The notes beneath the pieces were generated by a model. The model was not told where the DNA came from. It saw only the letters and a list, made by a program, of their open reading frames with translations, and searched no databases. Both the position numbers and the translations under genes were made by a program. A DNA stretch of 64,000 nucleotides from Octopus sinensis (lineage: Eukaryota), in assembly GCF_006345805.1 (NCBI RefSeq), contig NC_043007.1, forward strand, positions 8,804,001-8,868,000. Reading direction: 5' to 3'. This document shows, one piece after another, positions 53,006 through 64,000 of this stretch. Position 1 is the stretch's first letter; every line of letters begins with the position of its first letter.

Positions 53006-54411
53006 TTTGATAAATAAAACTCTTCTTTGTATTTATAAAACACTAGCAAACATTTTCTTTCTTTTCTACAAATTTCATACTTGACAACCTGATATGTATA
53101 TATGCATCGCTACGTGTATGTACCAATGGATGAACGAATATATATAAATTTCATACACACACAAATACTCAAACACACACGTATACACACACATATACAT
53201 GCATAAGCATATATATCGATAGATTTAGGCATACATATATGTGTGTATTGTCGAAACGAAATCCCGATGTAATAATCCTATTGCTTTGAAGCAAGCTTGT
53301 ATGAAACTTGTAGCAGATATCATTTTATACTAAGCAAGACTAAGCCACAAAAATCAAACAAAATTCAAGAACAAAAAATTGAGCCCGTATATATGCACCT
53401 ATATTGTCAATACTCTTTTGCCATTTCAGCTGTAGCTTGTCCAACCCGGATTTGTAAAAGCTTGGCTATCTAGAGTGAATGAAATACAGGAAGACCTGCT
53501 TTACAGCATCGTCGGATGCTGTAAAACATCGATGTTTGGTCTGGCGTTGTCTTGCAACAAAACAGGAGTTTATGTGTTGTCTAATCTAGGCTCTTTTTTG
53601 TTTTTGATGTTTTTCGTAAGTTTCTCCATCATTTGGTCCAGTTGACTGCATTATACTTTGGCCGTGATTCATGAGCCAAGTTTAAGGAAATCCTAATGGA
53701 TATCACCTACGCCAGACCACCAAACATACATCACCAGCTTCTTTCGGTGTATATTGCTGTTTGGGCTGTATTTTGATGGCTCGTCTTTGTCCAATCATTG
53801 TGCCGAACGTTTACGGTTGTAGTATTGGATCCATTTCTCATCACATGTTAAAATTCGATTAAACGATGATTCATTTTTATGATGAGAAAGTAGCATAATA
53901 CAGGCTTCCACACGTTGCTGTTTCTGATTTTCACTGAGTTCATGTGGAACCCACTCATCCAACTTTTTCACTTTACCGATTTAAACTAGTTGAGTCAATG
54001 TTGTTTGCTTGCTAGCACCAAACAACAACGATAATTCACGGGCACTTTGAGATGAATCTGACTCGACGCTGGCTTTCAGTACGTCATTATTCACATTCAT
54101 TTCTGGTCGACCGCGTTGCTCATTTGTTACTGTCTGCTGTGTAATAACATTAGAATGAAATACTCCATTGGTATTCCGAGCTGTGTGTGACGCTGCCTTT
54201 CCTAAAAAGAACTCATATTTCAAAACTAAAAATAGTAAAAAACTACTTTGAAATACTTTATAAAGCGCAAAATGAATTACAATAAAGAAATAGATGAGTC
54301 AGCTTTCTAGCATAAAATAAAGATTGTCAAAATATAGTAATGGCGCAAAATCAGCTACTGTCAAAATTTACCATATACCTTACTAAAAATTTTATACTTG
54401 ACGACCTAATA
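53006..54411 (-). mobile_element. Mariner (DD34D-type) transposon, internally deleted, with its 3' end inverted
   Basis: Body 53391-54411 on the minus strand: KYEFFLG, WVPHEL, LTCDEKW, QDNARP and IGAY. Terminal FDK*, 3' UTR and TIR lie at 53006-53094 on the plus strand. Confidence 0.85.
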
Positions 54412-55112
54412 TACACATATTTACATCACGTAATCCCTTGAGAAACTAGACTAACGAATGTTGTTATATACATCGCTGGTCACAATGCGCTTGGCATTGT
54501 TTTAGCTTTCGAGTGATGTCACCTTGTTGGCGAAAGTGATTAAGCCATCAACCGTTGCACATCGTTGCGCGAATTTATGCATCCATTTGCGTTAAAAATA
54601 AGTAAATTAGACATTCGAAAATTAGACTTCGACGAAATACATTCCAGACTTCAATAAATGCTGTTGATGAAATCCCTTAAGAACGGTACTTCCCCGCTCC
54701 AATAACGAAAATCGTTAAATGTTAAACAGTATATGATAATGGCTTCAGGTGTGAAAACCTAACAACGTCGTCTGAACGAGATGATACCAATTAGAGCAGA
54801 CGATGTTATCAAGCTGACAAAAATTATTGAATTGAAGTAAATCTATAACTGAGTGATTTTATTTGTTACTTAAGCCGCTGAGTTCAGGGAAATTCTATTA
54901 CTATAGATTTATTGGTAGCGAATATAGATACTAAATTTCTGAGACGTCACAATGTTAATAGTATTCATCTAATACACTAAGATACAAAATTAAGCTACAC
55001 GCACTAGATATTTGCATAGACATACATCGTCACAAACAGACACACTCAAGCATTCCTCTCACTCTCTCTCACACACACATACATATGTACATGTATATAT
55101 GTACATATATAC

Positions 55113-58100
55113 CAGGGGCGTGCACTCTCAGCAATGCAAGGTATGCGCTGCATGCCTTCTTTGTTTCAAAGAAAATACGTCCAGTTGTTTTAGAAATATT
55201 GTCTCCACTTCGTACATCTGCTTTGATAAATGCTTTAGAAGATCGCATGATACACACTCCCTCTCTGTCTGTATTAGTTTGTCCTTCCTTCCCCTCTCCT
55301 CTATCTTAGTGACTCGATAAATTTTCGCTTGTCATGCGTTGGGAAGACAGCATGAGTCCTTCTCTCTGTCTTTGATAGTTTGTCCCTTCTTCCTCTTTCT
55401 TTGTTTAAAAGATATACTACGAGGAATGGTCACCCCTTCTCTCTCAGCGATTCGACAAATTCAGTTTCGCGTGTCATGCTGTGCTAAAATCGCATTTCAC
55501 GCCTCTCTGGCTATTTTGACCGGAACAAGAGCCGTCCCATAATTCTTGTTTAGCCAGCTGAAATGTTGGAATAGCCTTCGCATGTAAGTTGAAATTTTTT
55601 ATCCAAAACATCCGTTTGCACTATCATATTTTTAGAAAGTTTTGAAAGCAAAAATATCTACATTATATTTCTTATTTCAGAAATAGCTAATTAATCTTAA
55701 ATTAATTTAACAAAGGGTATTTTCCGGTTTTGTTGAAAATGACTTAAAATTTACGCGGCGCTTCCACGTGGGTCCTTAAATAGAGCAGCCTTTTTCAAAA
55801 TGAGTGAAATGTGTGCTATAAACGATATTTTGAGAACTAGTTTTTTCTAAAAGGACTTCGATGGGAAAAAATTAATTATAAATCGCGGGAGACCAACACC
55901 GAATTTACCTAATTTGCGAAGCTACAACTAGAAATTCACGAGACAATTTCAGGTTAATTCGTATGAAAAGAAGAAATGGTTAACTGGAAGTGTTGCTCTT
56001 AATAAATTATTCTGTTGGCCGTTGTTTACTTTTTGGCTTAGAAAAAAATGTTTGGAATGATAAGGCTATGATGATTTAAATAATTTACATATGGCTAGGC
56101 TAAAGCACGAGCGTTCTCAAAGGCATATAAAATGTTTGATAGACCTTAAAATATTCGGGAATGTTCGCATAGACTTACAATTAGATGCACGTAAAAATCA
56201 AAGCATACAACAGCATAATGAGAAAGTTCGACGAAACAGATCCATTCTGCAACGATTGATCGATGTTGTTATTTTTTTAGGCCTCCAGGAATTATCGTTT
56301 CGGGGTCATTTTGAATCTGAAGGCTCTAATAATCGGGGAAATTATAAAGAACTCGTTTATTTGATCAGTAAGTATGACAAACAAATGGAAAGTCATTTAG
56401 ATACAGCTTCTATTTTCACTGGTCTGTCGAACAGAATTCAAAATGACTTGATCGAAGCAATTCATAAAGTTATGTTGAATGAGATGCAGAAGGATATTGA
56501 CCAAGCTAAGTTTGTTTCTATTCTTGTTGATGAGACATCTGATGTCTCAGCATCTTCACAACTGTCAACAGTTTTACGTTATGTTACAGAAGACTGTGTG
56601 ACGAAAGAACGATTTATCGGTTTTTAGTGATGTTAGTGCAGATCGATCTGCAAATGCTTTATCTGAACATGTTTTTAAATGCATTGAGACGTGGGAATGT
56701 GGAAACAAATTGATTGCGCAGACATATGATGGTGCCGCTACAATGGCAGGACAACTAAATGGGTTACAGGCAAAAGTAAGAAAGAAATATGAATGTGCGA
56801 TCTTTATTCATTGTTGTGCCCATATCCTAAAATTAGTTCTTTCACAATCATGCTCTGCTATGAAAGAATGCAAGATATTTTTTCTACAATAAACGGACTC
56901 GGTACATTTTTTACGAAATCACCGAAAAGGACTAATGCATTAGATAATATTGTTAAAAAAAGATTTCCGAAAGCAACAGCAACTAGATGGAATTACTCCT
57001 CACGTCTTATTATTACTACAAAGGAAAATTATAATTTCATAATCAGCCTTTTTGAACACATCATTGAAAATCCTCTGAAGATGGGATGATATCACCATAA
57101 ATTCAGCAATTGGATTCTTACACCACTTTAAAAGCTCCTGATTTCTTATTTGTTAGAGGTATTCAGTGACATTTTTTCTTTTACTGACGTTTATTTAACA
57201 TACTCCAGAGTAAAAGTCATGACATAGTTTATTGTAAACAGCAAATAGATAAAACTAGAACTGTACTTGAAAACAAACTTGATAATTTTTCAGTCTTTTA
57301 TGATAGGTTAGGGGAAAAAAATGGAGTCGATGCAGGAATCGGAATTCAGAGATCCAAGAATATATCTATTGATCCCCAACGACATTATAGAACGCTTTAT
57401 AACAAAATTATAAGTACAATAGTTGACCAAATAAAAGCACGATATTCATCCTTAGAAGAGTTTAAATTCATGGAACTTTTGAATTTCAACAAGTTGATGA
57501 GTATTGCAAACAATTTCTGTGGACTCTTTAGATTCTTTAAGAAACAACTTATGGCAGATTTTTTGATGTAATACGATTACAAAGTGAGCTCAATGTGATG
57601 TATTCAATGAAAGATTTTAAAAAACCAAGTGTAAGTCATTTAATGAGTTACATTAACAGCACTGATCTTGTTGAAGCTATGCCAGACTCTTCAATCTGTG
57701 GAAGTTGATTTTGACAATTCCGTCTACCACTGCTTCTGTAGAGCGATCCTTTCTGCATTAAGTAGATTAAAACATACCAAGAAATGCGACAGGAGAAAGA
57801 AGACTGTCTGGGTTAGCACTAATGTCAATTGAAAAAGATTTATTACAAGAATTGATGAAAAGAGAGATTCTATGATTTCTATGAAAATGTGATAGATATT
57901 TTTGCCCAGAAAGATCGAAGAATTGAATTAATTTATAAATGAGCTAAGTAACATTTTAAAACATTAAAAAAAATATATATTAAAGAGCATATATTACAGG
58001 TTTTGCTAAGTGTTTGTTATAACGTAAGGTTCGACCTTCTTACATCAGTATTGTTTCGCAGGAGAAATGTTTTGATTTCTTCGTGAAACCTAACCTACAT

Positions 58101-58889
58101 AGATTTCCCTTTCTGTGCTGCTGGGTGTAGTCTATTTACGGCCGTAAATAAGTGTTTTGTTTCACTTTCAATAAGTGTCTTGTTTCAATCTCAGAGATGC
58201 TGACTTCTGCCACAACAGTTTTGGGAGGCTTTTTACAATGTTGAATTTTCGCTGTCTTTCATTGTGTGCGTATTCATGTATATGCGTGTATTTTCAATGT
58301 TGTGCGTGAGACGTAGTCCTTTAATGTACGGAGTTCAGTAAGTCTCAGAACAGTCAATAATTTTCCCGGAATTGACAAGTAGCATGATAAAGAACCTGAC
58401 TTGTCTTCGAGAGCGTAACGATCTAAAACCATGGCCATATAATGTAACTAATGTGTTCTTTTAATTAAATCATTTCATTCAGCTCAACCGATAGGTATAG
58501 GGGCTAATGCAGAATCGCACCCCTTGAAAAACGAATTTATGTGAAAATTTTTTTTCGGATTCCTACCTTAACAGAGATTCTGAATATGCAAAAATATTGA
58601 CAGAATCCAATTTCATCTTTATTACATTTCACTTATGATTTTTAGACTTTTCTAAGGGAGAATGAGGATGGGAAAGTACTGACGTTTCGAAGAGCAAAGA
58701 ATAATACAAACAATACACTTATTTCAGGATCATCTCTGCACAGCCATTTTTTATTCCCTGTTTATTCTGCATATTCAGAATCTCTTATATGTAAATCGTA
58801 GGAATACGAAAATGTTTTACTGAAAAATTGCCGGGGGGGGGGCAATGAAATTAATTGCATGCCCAACGCCGGAAGTCACCGCACGCCAC

Positions 58890-58891
<2 letters not shown>
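55113..58891 (+). mobile_element. hAT-superfamily DNA transposon, near full length, inactive
   Basis: Termini CAGGGGCGTGCA and CGCACGCCACTA; TA-rich flanks (ATATATAC on the left, TATATATAC on the right) compatible with an 8-bp TSD in (TA)n. Confidence 0.85.
55800..57942 (+). pseudogene. hAT transposase (TTF-type zinc finger, DUF4371/ZMYM1-like, hATC dimerisation domain), frameshifted
   Basis: WLTGS...LFCWP, QELSFRGH.ES..S.NRGNYKEL, NRIQNDLI, FVSILVDETSDVS, QTYDGAA.MAG, IFIHCCAH.L.LV, TIPSTTASVERSF and RLSGLALMSIEK...RRIELIYK*. Confidence 0.9.
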
Positions 58892-58939
<48 letters not shown>

Positions 58940-59061
58940 TATATATAGATAGATATAGATAGGTTTAAGTGACAGAATCACCCTCAAGCAACTCAATCAT
59001 TATTGAACGACATTATCCACGATAGGTACATATAGGACTAAATATTGAAATTTTCATATAC

Positions 59062-59114
<53 letters not shown>

Positions 59115-59143
59115 GTATGTATGTATGTATATATATATATATG

Positions 59144-59183
<40 letters not shown>

Positions 59184-59930
59184 GTAGTGTCTGACCACCT
59201 CTTGTATTTAGACCTCAGACCCATCATTTTGTTTGATTTGGCTTTTTAACCCAAACAACGTATTGGAAAGACACCCAGATTGCATACCTGATGTGGACTA
59301 CTAAGAGCTGCACTGATCTTTGTGGATCTCGAAATTTATTTTCACCCTTCAGTTATTTGGTAGACCTTGTGGCATACACGGCATTGAAAGGTGTGCACAG
59401 ATATATAGGAATAGTAGTAAGAGGCGGTTCGTTTTTCATGGGTCCGCAAATGAGATTTGAGCCCAGCATTATATCATGGGCCTCAACGAAATTTCATAAG
59501 GCATTGGTGAATCAAGACGCAAAACCGAAATACCGGTATTTCGCTATAGTGACAGATTATATGCTACGTTTGTCATACAAACCTACATACATGTAAGTAT
59601 ATATATATATAAGTATATGTGTGTGTATGTATGTGTGTGTGTATTTAATTATTGCCTGAGGAAATGAACACTTGTATCAATATATATAAGAGTATCACGA
59701 AGGCCCCAAAATTCCGTGTTCTCTCACAGGATTTAGAAAATCTGAAGGACTGCTGCAATAAGTGTTTGAATCTGAGAGGAATATATTGAATAAAATCATA
59801 ATTAACTGATCCTTCATTATTTTCTTTTATCCGGCCGCCAGGAGCCTTTCAGCAACCCTTCATATATACTTACATCACTTTACAGCTTCCTCGGAAGCAC
59901 TCAACATTTTATAGTAGAAACATCTGTAAG

Positions 59931-60166
59931 GTAAACGCGACGAACTAGCAGAATCGTTAGCAGGCCGGACGAAATGCTTAGCGGTATTTCGTCTGCCGCT
60001 ACGTTCTGAGTTCAAATTCCACCAAGGTCGACTTTGCCTTTCATCCATTCGGGGTCGATTAAATAAGTACCAGTTACGCACTGAGGTCGATGTAATCGAC
60101 TTAATCAGTTTGTCTATCCTTGTTTGTCCCCTCTATGTTTAGCGCATTGCGAGCAATAAAGAAATA
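59931..60166 (+). mobile_element. SINE family B monomer with 15-bp target-site duplication
   Basis: AGAAACATCTGTAAG at 59916-59930 and 60167-60181 flanks a single head and body ending AATAAAGAAATA. Confidence 0.93.
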
Positions 60167-60391
60167 AGAAACATCTGTAAGCTAATGGAGTTCGTTGTTT
60201 AATTTCCTGTTCCTTAGTCAGCTATTTAATATTAAATTCCGCTCTGTTCTCGACAAATCTTTTTTCTGAACCTTATGTAAGTTGCCTATGCGAAATGTCA
60301 AAATACCTCTTTATATTCTGACCCTCTCTGACGTAGGTCTTCTCTTCCGTGGTAAAAATTTGAAAATTTATCTTTTAACAATTCATACTAT

Positions 60392-60670
60392 ATCAGTGAC
60401 TCTCAACTGGATTCTATATGTGTCTTGGGTGGGACTGGTGGTGGTGTGGGGGGTAGACAAAATGTTTTGTTAAAATTCATGAACAATAAATTAGAGACAA
60501 TTCTACACCACTACAATATTTTGTTAGTTTTATTTGTATCGAATTCCTAATATTTAATTATAAAACATAACAGGTAATTTTTAAACATCGAATGGCTATG
60601 AGCGTCCACCTGAGTAAATTAGGAATGAAAGTGGGGTCCTTAGGAAAAAGTGGTTCGGAACCAATTCTCA
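60392..60670. mobile_element. Possible decayed hAT-type MITE
   Basis: CAGTGACTCTCAAC... and ...AAAAAGTGGTTCGGAACCA resemble CAGTGGTTCCCAAC-type ends; weak. Confidence 0.35.
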
Positions 60671-61468
60671 TTATACTTTAATGATTAATTACACTGAAAA
60701 ACCCTTCCAGGAGCGCCAACCAAAAAGAAAACATTGTGTGTTATAATAAACACGCTTTTCATTGGTTCATTGTTGATTATCTTCCACCATTGATTTCAAA
60801 AAACAAGCTTGTTGCTCGGTATTCTTAGAGTAAATCAAATTTTCAAATTATTGTACCTGTAATTAGTGTATGGCTTTTGATGCGATTTTAGTTTTTACTT
60901 TTTTCTATTTTCTTTCATTACCTATACGGGAATTCATTGAGCAAAAACAATGTGAAAATTTCCGAAAATTTTATTATTAATTATAAATGCTGTTTTTGCT
61001 ATAATTTGTTATCATAGTTGTTTACGTTACACTTGGTAGTAATGCTGAAACATTAGTAGATTGCGTTTAGCTATTGGCTTATATGTGTGTGTGGGCGTGA
61101 GTAAGATACATCTCAAAAGAATAGGGATTTATTCAGTATTTATCAACAACGTACGTTTCAAATAGAAGTGCATTCCTCAAAACAAGACAATGTTTTTTCT
61201 CTCATCCGCTCTATATGTTGAATTTATGCCGAACCCTTTCAGGGTTTGAAGTTCGTATTTAAAAATTTGATGTGACAAAAAGGGAATTTAGACTCTTTGT
61301 GAATTACGGTGGCATTCAATGGACAATTTAGTTATCCCGTTTTTATAACAACACAGTTCTTATAACGTATTCACCTGGATTATTTTATCTTTCTCCTTTC
61401 ATATATATGGCGTGGCGTGGCTGTGTAGTAAGAAGCTTGCTCCCTAACCACATGCAACCGAGTTTATA

Positions 61469-61857
61469 TCTATAGACACACATACATACGCACACACGTC
61501 CAGACCACCAGACTTCTTTCACACGCAGATACATACTCTCTTATACACACACGCACCTTTGTGTTGGGGGCACCTTCGTATTGGAAGTCACTTGACCCTG
61601 TTATCTCCCCTACTGTCCCTCTCGCGTCTGACCACTGTCCGAAGTCAGGACGCCATGATAGATCGTTAGCTCCTACAAGCATTTTTTCTCTCCTTGTTTC
61701 ACTCCTTGTTTTTTTTTTGTATCTTTCTGTCGAAGAGCGTAGACTCGAAACGTAAAAGACTTTTTCTATTTCTATTCCTGAGCGCTATACTAATACATTT
61801 GTTTGTTTGTACTCCACCTGCCTTCGTCTTTTGTTTATTTTCGTAAATTTTCCCGTT
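61469..61857 (+). mobile_element. Penelope-like 3' fragment with hammerhead motif, ending in (TA)n
   Basis: Pyrimidine tract, motif at 61722-61759, about 100-nt tail, then (TA)n(ATAC)n from 61857. Confidence 0.6.
61722..61759 (+). ncRNA. Ultra-minimal hammerhead motif (A6U, one stem II mismatch)
   Basis: UCUUU-CUGUCGA-A-GAGC-GUAG-ACUC-GAAA-CG-UA-AAAGA. Perfect 5-bp stem I and palindromic ACGU stem III. Confidence 0.6.
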
Positions 61858-62439
61858 ATATATAATATATATATATATATATACATACATACATACATAC
61901 ATACATACATACATACATACATACATACATACATACACACACACTTAATCATTCATTTATTTAAATTTGTTTATTATTTTCTTGTTTATATATTGCTTTA
62001 TCTTGTCCGCGCTAATGATGATAATGAAGTTCAGGAATTTAATGTGGATGATAATAAAAAAACAACGGAATAAGAAGGGGGTTAATGGTAGAGACCTAAG
62101 TGTGGAGGAGAGGAATGTATGGGAAAGATGCGGAGGTGTATGAAGAAGAGATGGAGGAAATGGAAAGAGAGAGAAAGAAAGAAAAAGAGAGAAGGCGTAA
62201 TCGGTAGAGAGAGGGTGTGAGGGACTTTGATAAAATTGGTTGATTACAAAGATGATGATGGTGAAATTGGTATGGGTAAGAAGGATTGAGGGGGGCACCA
62301 GTAACAGTAGAAGGAGAAAGAGGTATAGAAGGTGGAGTAGGAGGGAGATAATGGATTGAGTTGAGGGGATTGGGGGATCGGGAGAGACTAAATGACGAAT
62401 GAAGAAGAGAACATCACAACACTACGAGGACAGACGATA

Positions 62440-62727
62440 CGTTTGTGGTTGTTGTTGTTGTTGTTGTTGTTGTGCACGTTGTTGCTGCCTCAGCGGTTGG
62501 AATTGCTCCTGCCGCCACTGCCACTGCTGTTGTTGCTATTGCTGCTGTTGTTGTTGTTGTTACGCTGTTATTATAGTTGATGCAGATCTTGTATTTCTTC
62601 TCCATATTCACTTCATTCTTCTTCATCATCATCATCATCATCATCATCATCTTCTTCTTCTGCTTCTCCTCCTGATCCTCCTCCTTCTTCTTCTTCTTCT
62701 TCTTCTTCTTCTTCTCCTTCTTCTCCT

Positions 62728-62780
<53 letters not shown>

Positions 62781-62804
62781 TTATTATTATTATTATTATT
62801 ATCA

Positions 62805-62851
<47 letters not shown>

Positions 62852-62995
62852 ATACTTCTCCACTTCCTCCACGTCTTCTTCATCTGTTTTTTTTTTCTCC
62901 GTCTTCTTCCTTCAATTCCTCTCTCTTCGCTTCATCTTCATATCTTGTTCTTCTATTTCTTCTTCTTTTTCTTCTTCTTCTTCTTCTTCTTCATC

Positions 62996-63032
<37 letters not shown>

Positions 63033-63737
63033 CATTATCCATTTCTCCTCTTCCTCCTCCTCCTCCTCCTCCTCCCCTTCTTCTTCTTCTTCATCTGTTT
63101 TTTCTTCTCCGTTTTCTTCTTCCTCCAATTCCTCCTCCTCCCCCACCTCATATCGCCGCTGCCGTTTCTGTTACTGCTGTTGCTGCTGTTGCTGCTGTCA
63201 ATCGTTTTTTTGTAGTTGACGTTGTTACTGCTGAGTATTTTTTTTTCTTTATTTTATATTATTTTATTTTATTATATTTCATTTTTATTTTTTCTTTACT
63301 TCTCTTGTAGTATTTTTTTTAAACAACAAAAAAATAAAATAAAATCTGCTTCTATGATTATTGTTGTTATTTTTGCTGTGGTTGTTTTTTCAGGAAAGAG
63401 GGTAGAATGCTTAAGCTTCATCAAATTTATCTTCTCTACTTCATTCCATGTTCAAACTTGCAGTGTATGAGCATTTTCTCACGTTGGTGTTTATTTGTTT
63501 TTATTTACTATTATTTGTTTATTTTTATTTGTTGTCATTTATTTAAAAAAAAAAACGAAAAAAAAGAAACAAAGAAAAAAGAAAAAACAAACAAAACTCT
63601 TCATTATTTTTCTTCTATTACATGGGTTCCGTGTTTACCGTTTTTCACTCTGCAGCCACGATAGAACTGCTGATAGTGATGAGGATGATGATGATGATGA
63701 TGATGACGATGACGACGACGACGACGACGACGACGAC

Positions 63738-63782
<45 letters not shown>

Positions 63783-63900
63783 GATGACGATGATGACGAT
63801 GATGATGATGATGATGATGATGATGACGACGACGACGACGATGATGATGATGATGATGATGACAGCACTGATGGTGATGGTGGTGGTGGTGGTGGTGGAG
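62440..63900. repeat. Compound trinucleotide low-complexity field: (GTT),(CAT),(CTT),(ATT),(CCT),(GAT/GAC),(GGT)
   Basis: Direct reading; produces the 303-aa and other spurious ORFs. Confidence 0.92.
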
Positions 63901-64000
63901 GTGGAGGCGAGCGGCGGTGGTGACGATGGAGATTGTAATACTAATTCGTAGTTGTTGTTACTGCTGCCGTATTTGTGTTGTTGTCGGTGGCGGTGGCGGC

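Noticed and set aside
59527-59542. Perfect palindrome GAAATACCGGTATTTC
   Set aside because: No CUGANGA core upstream; an isolated 16-bp palindrome is uninterpretable alone.
62399-63310. 303-aa ORF, and the many Y/I/H/T/C/V- or poly-L/F/S-rich ORFs across the track
   Set aside because: They are translations of stop-free microsatellites; no domain or codon signal.

Overview
AT-rich, microsatellite-saturated eukaryotic DNA, most likely an intergenic or intronic segment of an octopus (Octopodidae) genome. The species call rests on my recognition of the abundant tRNA-derived SINE families and was not checked against a database. I can support no intact host gene: almost every ORF in the supplied track is a translation of simple repeats. 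All recognisable coding remnants are dead transposons: two DD34D mariners, a DD37D maT element, a near full-length hAT (DUF4371/hATC), two RLE-type (R4/Dong-like) LINE fragments, an RTE endonuclease fragment and a CR1/L2 3' end. There are also two Helentron-type non-autonomous elements, about 25 SINE copies in three families, and a 100-N gap. The most interesting signal is a dispersed set of minimal type-I hammerhead-ribozyme motifs typical of Penelope-like elements. They sit in fold-back (inverted) structures whose 3' ends repeatedly run into (TA)n tracts, and three lie in tandem within 750 bp at 39.46-40.21 kb. Other findings include: a 553-bp non-tRNA retroposon-like element found only inside (TAA)n; SINE multimers with a fixed 184-bp unit; a near-perfect 172-bp fold-back; a local inversion and a snap-back repair scar inside one mariner; and a CpG-rich NRF1/E2F promoter-like island at 48.0-48.4 kb. 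All hammerhead motifs were folded by eye, and most carry at least one core mutation.
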